Shown: positions 55,444 to 64,000 of the stretch, in pieces | Layout: each line of letters begins with the position of its first letter | Position numbering within the stretch: position 1 is the first letter of the stretch | DNA from: the human T2T-CHM13v2.0 reference genome, Homo sapiens | Reading direction: 5' to 3' (one strand) | Assembly (NCBI RefSeq): GCF_009914755.1 | Contig: NC_060938.1 | DNA: 64,000 bases | Translations under genes and position numbers: made by a program | Notes under the pieces: generated by a model | Told to the model about the DNA's origin: nothing | What the model saw: only the letters and a program-made list of their open reading frames with translations | Databases searched by the model: none

Positions 55444-56346
55444 ACTCCTTGCTTCTCCTGAGTAGGGAAACAGAATACCAGGGAGGGGAAAATACTTGCC
55501 TAAGGTCACACAACTTGGCAAAGTTTTTCCTGGGGCAAAAACCAAGAATTACAACTTGCTGTTGGCTCCACTTGACCAAGCTGTCTTTCTATAATAGGTG
55601 AGTAAACAGAATTTTTATTTTCAAGGAAACGAAAAAAATATTAAGTCATTTTGATAGTTTTTGTTGTTATTCAATACTATAATTTTAGTCCATAAGTACT
55701 TCATACAGGAGGGGAAATGAAAAATTTTGACAAACTCCAAGTACCATTCATACCACCCTCCCTAGGTGGTATTCATATACCCTCATCAGAGGCAAAATGT
55801 GGTCTATTGAGTCACAGTCAGAATAAAGACCTTGTCATCCTCTCACTCAAGTTGTCAAGAAGGAACCTTTCTTCAAATGCAGGTTGCATTAAGCAAAAGT
55901 AGTTGTATGTTTGAAATTAAATCACTCCAGGAGGATTAAAAACAGGATGCATGAATTTCCACTGGGGTCCCTACTGGAATGGGGTGCCATACAAAATCAA
56001 GTTGTATTGTATTGTGTGAAATGGCTTTGTGTTAATGCTCAGAATAACAAGGTCCCACTGAGAGCCCTTCATGTTTCTGAATGGTACTTGGAGGTTGTCA
56101 AAATTTTTCAGGAAGGGATCTGCACTGCCCTGGCTGCATGAATGGTAGTTTAATAATAAAAAAAAAAAAAGATTGGTGAATTACAATGACATTACTCTTC
56201 AGCTTTGGAGCTGTGGTTTAATGACAAGTTACAGAATCTCATGCCTGTGCATTTACGTTCTTCTCCATATTTGCACTCCAGCTTAACTTAGCAGTGCAAT
56301 GCATCAAGAAGCATTTGGGCTGTGTAACCATGTGTTGGAGGACAGC

Positions 56347-56711
56347 TGGCTTAGTCTGTTCCGTCTGCTGTAATAGAATACCGTAGACTGGGCGACTTAT
56401 AAACAACAGAAATTTATTTCTCACAGTTCTGGAAACTGAGAAGACCAAGATCAAGGAGCCGGCCGATTCAGTCTGATGAGGGCTCAATTCTTGGTTCAGT
56501 GATGGCTCCTTCTCTCCATGTCCTCACATGGTAGAAGGGCCCAGGGGATTCTCTGTGGTCTCTTTTTGTAAGGGCACTAATCCCATTCACCAGGGCTCTG
56601 CCCTCATGACCTAATCACCTGCCAAAGGCCCCTACCTCCTAATACCATTACCTTGGGGATTAGGATTTCAAATATGTGAATTTTGGGGAGACAAATGCTC
56701 GGTCTATAGCA
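56347..56711 (-). mobile_element. MLT1A0 MaLR LTR
   Basis: acttataaacaacagaaatttatttctcacagttctgg...aagggcactaatcccattca...tctatagca; TSD acagc/ccagc. Confidence 0.92.
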
Positions 56712-56890
56712 CCAGCTCTCCTGCTCACCAGCTGTAATAGTTTCTTAATTCATAGAAGTAGACACAGAAATACCAACTTAAGGAGTTGTTGCATGTGAAG
56801 AAGACAGAAATATTGTAGGAGATTATGGTATATAGGAAGGCAAATTGTAAATACTGAAAAAATTGGCAGGACAAAAAGAGAATAGGATTT

Positions 56891-57246
56891 TGGTATAGTT
56901 TGGCTGTGTCCCCACCCAAATCTCAACTTGAATGATAATAATCCCCATGTGTCAAGGGTGGGGCCAGGTGGAGATAATTGAATCATTGGAAAGGTTTCCC
57001 CCATACTGTTCTCGTGGTAGTGAATACGTCTCATTAGATCTGATGGTTTTATAAATGGGAGTTCCCCTGCACAAGGTGTCTTGCCTGCCACCATGTAAGA
57101 TGTGCCTTTGCTCCTCCTTTGCCTTCCACCATGATTGTGAGGTCTCCGCAGCCATGTGGAACTTTGTGTCCATTAAACTTCTTTCCTTTACAAATCACCC
57201 AGTCTCAGGTATGTTTTTATTAGCAGCATGAGAACAGACAAATACA
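56891..57246 (+). mobile_element. THE1C MaLR LTR
   Basis: gtttggctgtgtccccacccaaatctc...aataatccccatgtgtcaaggg...agcagcatgagaacagacaaataca. Confidence 0.93.
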
Positions 57247-57667
57247 AGTTTAGTCTACCAGGGCGGCTGTGATGAAGTACCACAACTAGGGGGCTTTAAA
57301 CAACAGGAATCTAGTTCTTGCACAGTTCTAGAAGCCAGAAGCCCAAGAACAAGACATCAGCAGGCCTGGTTTCTCCTAAGTCTTTCCTTCTTGGCTTGCA
57401 GGTGGCTGCCCTCTTGTTGCCTCTTCGCATGGTCTTTTCTCTGTGCGTGCACACCATTAGTGTCTCTCTGTGTGCGCAAGTGTATTATTCCTGTAAGGAC
57501 ACAAATCAGATTGGATTAGGATCCACTTTAGTGGCCTTATTTTTCTTTATTGTTTTAATTTAATAGGCTTGAAAGACCTTGTTTCCAAATACAGTCACAT
57601 TCTGAAGTACTGGCTTTTAGGAATTCAACATATGATTTTGGGGTGGGACATGTTACAGCTCCTAACA
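57247..57667 (-). mobile_element. MLT1B MaLR LTR
   Basis: cttcttggcttgcaggtggctgcc...taaggacacaaatcagattggattagg...ccaaatacagtcacattctga. Confidence 0.88.
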
Positions 57668-58049
57668 ACCTTGTTTTTTAGTTTTTACCTGGGAGGTATA
57701 TAAATACTTGAGGACCATATAGATAGTTATATACTTAAAAGCAAAATTAAATCAAACTTTTCAAAGCAATTCCTAAACATAAAATGTAAATTTAAAAATA
57801 ATTCCAATATTGATAAAATGGTGTAAGTCAACTACAGTCTGATTATGGCTAAAATCATTAAGCAGAATACAGAAGGAAACTACCTGAGGATTCTGAAAAC
57901 TAACTAAGAGGGACATAGGAAACTGAAGTAACACCCTGAATCATTTTCCACTTCAGGAATGGTATTTACATTGTTTTATTTTGCTTTGCTTCCTTTTTTG
58001 TCTGTCAGCTTTGGTTCAAGGATAGATCAAATTGCTAAAAGTATAGTGA

Positions 58050-58166
58050 GGCCAGGTGCGGTGGCTCAATCCTGTCATCCCATCACCTTGGGAGGTGGAG
58101 GCAGGCAGATCACCTGATGTTAGGAGTTTGAGACCAGCCTGGCCAACATGGCGAAACCCTATCTAT

Positions 58167-58200
<34 letters not shown>

Positions 58201-58283
58201 ATATATATATTTATATATATATAATATATATAAATATAAAATTTATATATATTATTTATATATATTTTTATATATATTTAAAA

Positions 58284-58320
<37 letters not shown>

Positions 58321-58464
58321 GAGTATGGTGGTGTATGCCTATAATCCCAGCTACTCGAGAGGTTGAGGCACAAGAATCATGGGAGGTTGCAGTGCGCCAA
58401 GATCACACCACTGCACTCCAACCTGGGCAACAGAGCAAGACTTCATCTAAAAAAAAAAAAAAAA
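58050..58464 (+). mobile_element. AluS with expanded A29+(TA)n linker
   Basis: Left arm 58050-58169, AT tract 58170-58318, right arm to 58464; degenerate TSD gtatagtga/gtatagca. Confidence 0.93.
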
Positions 58465-59338
58465 TGTATAGCAGGCATAGAAAGAAAAACTCTATTCTGG
58501 CCAAAGGAAAGGGAAGGCTAAAGGAAAGGGAAGGTAAAACTCCACATGTCAGAGAGTGAGGAAAATTTCCCCTCCCCTTAAAATTTTTGTTTTCTCTTTT
58601 TTCCCCAGCCATGTTGTGAGGATAGCCCTGGTAGCAGAACTATTCCGAGACTTCTGAGGCATCACAGGCACCTGAAGCCCTAAGAAAAGATGCTCCTCTC
58701 TGTTAAGAAGACTGAGAAAAAGAGAGTCCCTGATTTTTTTCTCCATTTCTTCTTTCCCACCACTTTGCCCTAAATGTAGTTCCAGTCTCATGGAATTCCC
58801 CAACCGTCTAGGGGGGGATAAAATCCAGAAAGAACCTTATCTTTTCATTCAGAGAGACTAGAAAAGTGGCCTTTGGGAACTATTGTCAAGGAAAATCTAG
58901 AGAGGAGAGGTTGAAGAAGGCTCTTCCCCACTTTCTGTGCATGAACTTGCATAAGTCTAAGACTTCCCTCTGGGTTGTGCCTGGGTGGAGCAGAGCCAGC
59001 AAAGCACAGCAAAGGCTTTAGGAACTGGACTGTAAAATAAACCATAGCCTAAATCCCAGTCTAACCCCTCAGTGGTATATACATATGCAGGCAGATTCAA
59101 ACAGCACAGCAAAGGCTTTGAAAACTGAACTGTTGTTAGAAACACCAATCACAGGCAGTAAGGTGGAACTTGCACTCTCAGCCTAACTGGATTGATTGCC
59201 TATTAGAACAAAACAAAAATCGACATTTTCTAGAAGATTTTAGCAGGATCCAGAGTCTCACAAAATAATATGCAAAATGTCCAGGATACATTTCAAAATT
59301 ACTTGGTATGTAAAAACACACACACATACATACATATA

Positions 59339-59401
59339 TAATTGTGGCTTTAGCCATCAAAAGTAATGGCAAAAACCCCAATTACTTTTGCACAAACCTA
59401 A
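59339..59401. mobile_element. MADE1 (Hsmar1-derived MITE), left end truncated
   Basis: taattgtggctttagccatcaaaagtaatggcaaaaaccccaattacttttgcacaaacctaa. Confidence 0.88.
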
Positions 59402-62329
59402 ATACACGCAAAACAGGGGAAGCTAACCAATGCTAAGGGCTAAGAAAATCATTTGGTGCCAATCCCAAGATGAACCAAAACCATATGGTGGAATTACCAG
59501 AGGCAGCTTTTAAAATAGCTATTGTAATAATTATCCATGGAGTCAAGGTGAACACTCTGGAAATGAATGTAAAGATAAACATTCTCATTAGATAAATAGA
59601 AACTATTTAACATTGAAATTAAAAGAATTCATTGGACTCTGAAGCAGAATTTAGATGAAATAGAAAAGAGTAAAGTACTTGAATATAGATGAATATAAAT
59701 TATACAAACTGAACATAGAGAAAAATGATCTTAAAAATGAGCAGAGACTCAGGGACCCCTGGGAAAGTTTTCAAAGGTCTAAATCCATGCCATTAGAATT
59801 TCGAGAGAAAATAAATATGAAAAAATGTTTGGAGAAACAGTTGGCAAAATCTTCCCAAATTTTATGAAACACGCATTTACAGATTCAGAAAGTTCAGTAA
59901 AACACAAACATGATAAACTTTAAAAAAACATTTCCAGAAATATGACATTAAAACTGATGAAAACTGAGGATAACTTTTTAAAAATCTTCAGAGTATCCAA
60001 AGGAAACCAATAATTGTATATACAGAAAAAATAATTTAAATGACTATGGATTTTTCATCAGAAATTATGGAAACCAGAGGAAAATAGAAGAACATTTTTC
60101 AATTGCTAAAAGAACTATCCATGTAAAATTTTATGTGTAACAAAAATACTCATCAGGAATAAAAGCAAAATAGAAGCATTCCCATATAAAGATAAACTAA
60201 GGGAATTAGTAACCTGCAGATATGCTTTTAAACAATTCTTAAAAGTTGTTCAGAGTGAAGAAACATGATCTACAAGCGAAACTTGGAGCTGTAAAAATGA
60301 AGAAGGAACAACAGAAATGGTAACCATTTGGGTATATCTAATACAATGTTTTTATCCATTTAATTTTTTAAAATATAAATGAATGTGGAAAACAAAAATT
60401 ATAGCATTGCCTGGATGCTGTTTCACGTATATAGTTATAATACAAATAACAACTTTAAAGGAAGTAAAAAGTTAAATATGGCTATAAGTAAAATTTTAAA
60501 CTTCTGGTGATTATGTCATTAGTGATAGTGTCAGCCATGTTATTCTGAGAGTGTTATGTATGCGTAATATGACATCAAACAAATAACTGATTATTTTTGG
60601 TATCATTGGGAGTGACAACTTTGTCATGGGACAGATAAAAGATCAAAGAGGTTAAGTAAAAAAAATACATATTTATCTTCTAAACACCAAAAATTAAGTA
60701 TTTAAGTGATAAAAACTAAAGATTCAAAAACTAAAATAATTATATACTCTAAGAAAAAAATACAGAAAAATGTGACAAAGAACTAAATGTAAAATAGAAA
60801 GGGAAAAACATAACTGAAAAATTAATCAAAGGTTTAAATAGCAAATTCAAGTCAGATGAAAAGTGTTGGTGAATTTGAGAACAGACATTATATGACTTGT
60901 GTAATCCACACAACAACCAGCATTTATTGAGTCTTCAGGCTAGAAGAAGAGGTCGTCATATCCCCAAAATTGATGGAGAAAATAAGAATTCCACCAAGAA
61001 TTCTACAAGTGTCATTCAAGGGTAAAGGTGTAATAAGGGCATTATAAGATGAATAAAAACTTACCAGGAACAGAAACTTCCCGAAAAAAATAACTGAAAG
61101 TTTTATGTCAGAAAGAAAGAAACACATACACACATCCAGAAACAATGTGGTACCAACATTTTGAACAATAATGCTCGAAGTAAGGGTCTTTTCTTGTTCC
61201 AGAAAAAAAGAGTTATTACTTCCTTTTTGATTATGTTAAATCAAATATGAAAGGTAACATTTTAAAGACAACCATCAAAGTTTGATAATAGAATGATTAT
61301 GTTATATCTCATCGGTGGGGGGAAGAAATAAAAATACTCTATCAATCCAATAGAAAGGAAGAAAGGAGAAATGAAAAAAACATGAACCAGTAGAACACAT
61401 AAAATAAGAAATTATAAATCAACCTAAATATGTCAGTAGTCATAATAAATGTAAATGTTCTTAGCTTGCCACTTACAAGTGTCCGAAGGAGAGGAAGAGA
61501 GAAACATAATTACGCATTAAATTTGGAAGTAAAGGATGGAGAAAATATATGCCAGGCAGAAACTAGCCTTAAAAAAAAACTGGTGTAGCTATTTTAATAT
61601 CAGGGGAAAAAATTGAAGCCTCAAATTATTACAGAGAACTAAAATACATAAAGGAGTTATTATGGTTTAGAACTTCTGTATACCCAATTATGTATCTTCA
61701 AATCATATCAAAGAAATGACAAAATAAAAAAAAACTAGCTGAAGAATCTACTATTATAGTGGGAGATATTAATATACTTCTCTCAGTAACTGATATCTCA
61801 GGAACAAAATAAGAAAGATCTAGAATATTTGAACCACATAATTCCTGAGTTTGAAATAAGATATATAGAATCCTGTATCTCCCAAATTGGAGATGAAATG
61901 TGCATTTAGAACACGCATAAAGAACATACAAATGTTGACCATTTCCTAGACCGCTGATCCCAAGTGTTTGCCAAAATGTGGAGCAAAGGAATCTGTTACA
62001 CCCTAGCAGTTCATATCTATGTGGGTACGCCCATTTTGGAGAGCAATTTGGCAATAGCTAATAAAATGAGAAAAGCATATACCGCACGCATCAGCACTTC
62101 TACTTTTAGGAAATTCCTATTCATTGCAGCAGTATTCATGTACCAGAATCATACTGCAGCACTGTTTAAAATTGTTAAAAATTGGAAATACCCTAAATGT
62201 CCATCAACCAGGGACTGAATAGGTAAATTGAGCTGTATCACACAATGTAATATTATCAAGCTGTTAAAGCTGTTAAAATAAATGCACTAGAGCTTTTTGA
62301 GTCAACATGGGTTGATTTCAAAAACCGCT

Positions 62330-62675
62330 CAGTCCAAATTCCTTTTCCAAAACCTTTGGTGGCCAGATGTGTTTCAGAATTCAACGTTTTAAAAATACTT
62401 CAGAGAGGCATATATTTATATTTTGGTAACACCCCCTCAGAAGCTGGGCCAGCAGTATAAAACCAAACATACTAATATTTCCTCTGAAAAAAAAATAGAG
62501 ATTCACCTAAGTAGAATAAATCATGGCCAAGGATAGCCTCACATGAATTCAGGGCATGTTTTGCCACCTAATGAGTTCAGGTTAGGTTAAACTTTGTTGC
62601 CAAATACATTATGGAAAAAAAAATTTGGTTGGTTTTCAGACCTTTTGCATGTCGAAATTTTAGCAAAAAGATTAA
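62330..62675 (+). mobile_element. MER96B (hAT)
   Basis: ggccagatgtgtttcagaattca...taacacccc...caaacatactaatatttc...atagcctcacat...ggttttcaga. Confidence 0.85.
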
Positions 62676-62939
62676 AATGCCCAGGGTACTATAACACACA
62701 CATGTACATATATAATACACATTTTAAAACACTATCAACAGCGCAATATGTTTTATGGCAACATGCATATTTAGGCATTTATAAAAACCACTCATGGGAC
62801 TGATTATTGCCAAGTTGAGTTGAGAGTTTACTTCTGAGGAGTGAAAGAAATGGTATCAATGAAGGGGACCGGGAGACTTCAATTGTATTTGAAATATTTT
62901 GCTGTTGTTGTGTAAATAAGGAGAAGGTGGGGTAGATCT

Positions 62940-63260
62940 TTTTACAAACTATGCTACTTAAGAAACAAGAATTTAACCAGATGGAAAAAGTGGGAAAGGA
63001 TATTCCAGACAGAGAAAAAAGTCTACAAAAGTCTCTGAAGTCCACAAAAGGATGACAGACAAGACTACAGATGGCTCCGTGGGTGGAAAATAGGCTTCTC
63101 ATTGGGTGAGGGGAGATGGTGGGAGACGAGGCTTGAGCTGATAAAGAAGTTAGCAGTACATCCTGTAGGTGGTGGGGAGCCAGGAATGGCATAATCAAAT
63201 TTGTGTTCTAACAACCCTGCTGGTGGCCTCATAGTGGATGGATTGTACAGATACAGATTA
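62940..63260 (-). mobile_element. L2 fragment
   Basis: ggaaaggatattccagacagag...tcctgtaggtggtggggagcca...ataatcaaatttgtgttct. Confidence 0.55.
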
Positions 63261-63674
63261 GAGACAGCTACTGCTACGCACCTGTGTGTGGCAAACTCTT
63301 TTTATTTACATCATCCTTTTTAGATCTCCCCAGGTCAAGAAGATCAGTATTTATTTCTCCAGTTTGAGAAGAGAAAAACTGAAGCTCAAAGGCCTCATAA
63401 TTTGTTCAGAGTTGTCCAGAGGAAGCAAGCAAATTGAGATATTCTGAATTGCTCCATTGAATGTTCTGCCTTCTCTCCCAACAAATGCCATCCAACAGGA
63501 TGGCAAAGAAGGACCTTGGAATGCCTCTGAGATACGTTCCTGATATTGAGAAAAGATGGTTTGTTTTTTTCCCAAAAATGTGACCCCAAAGATTGCATTG
63601 TTGAAAAGTTTGGATAGGAAACTTGTGAAATATGCAAGCTCTTTTTACAGAGCTCTCCCAGGTGGTAAGATCTT

Positions 63675-63998
<324 letters not shown>

Positions 63999-64000
63999 AA

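Larger units (their letters stand above)
57810..62900 (+). mobile_element. Composite old L1M fragments (5' region, ORF1, ORF2 start, 3' end)
   Basis: A-rich sense L1M motifs: cagagactcagggacc, ggatttttcatcagaaattatgg, ctggtgtagctattttaatatcag, cctaaatgtccatcaac. Confidence 0.75.

Noticed and set aside
58056-58559. 167-aa ORF, the longest in the track
   Set aside because: An Alu read through poly-A and (TA)n, giving poly-K and YI repeats.
58995-59135. Repeated agcacagcaaaggcttt...aactg..ctgt
   Set aside because: It lies in an old L1 5' region where internal repeats are expected, so I did not treat it as a separate duplication.

Overview
This is primate (most likely human) non-coding genomic DNA, intergenic or deep intronic. 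It is dense in interspersed repeats: Alu J/S/Y, young and old LINE-1, L2, L3/CR1, MIR, MaLR and ERVL LTRs (THE1, MST, MLT1, LTR16, MER21) and DNA-transposon fossils (MER58A, MER20, MER44A, MER47A, MER96B, Charlie1a, MADE1). I cannot support any protein-coding exon, RNA gene, CpG island or CRISPR array, and I could not identify the locus. Where the supplied ORFs resemble known proteins they are repeat-derived; the rest look like chance or low-complexity frames. I see no evidence for a new multi-gene system. The most notable structure is the repair and insertion history. Two local non-tandem duplications copy sequence from 1.6-1.8 kb downstream into an upstream break (32696-32927 vs 34299-34532, and 53476-53613 vs 55297-55443). 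There is also a twin-primed L1 with a T-rich tail nested in an MST LTR, a 44-bp VNTR at the head of a MIR, an Alu whose linker became a long (TA) tract, and several perfect short hairpins. A few splice-bounded segments are candidate lncRNA exons, and some repeat-free, motif-dense blocks are candidate enhancers. Repeat family calls come from my recall of consensus sequences, not a RepeatMasker run; boundaries of old elements are approximate.
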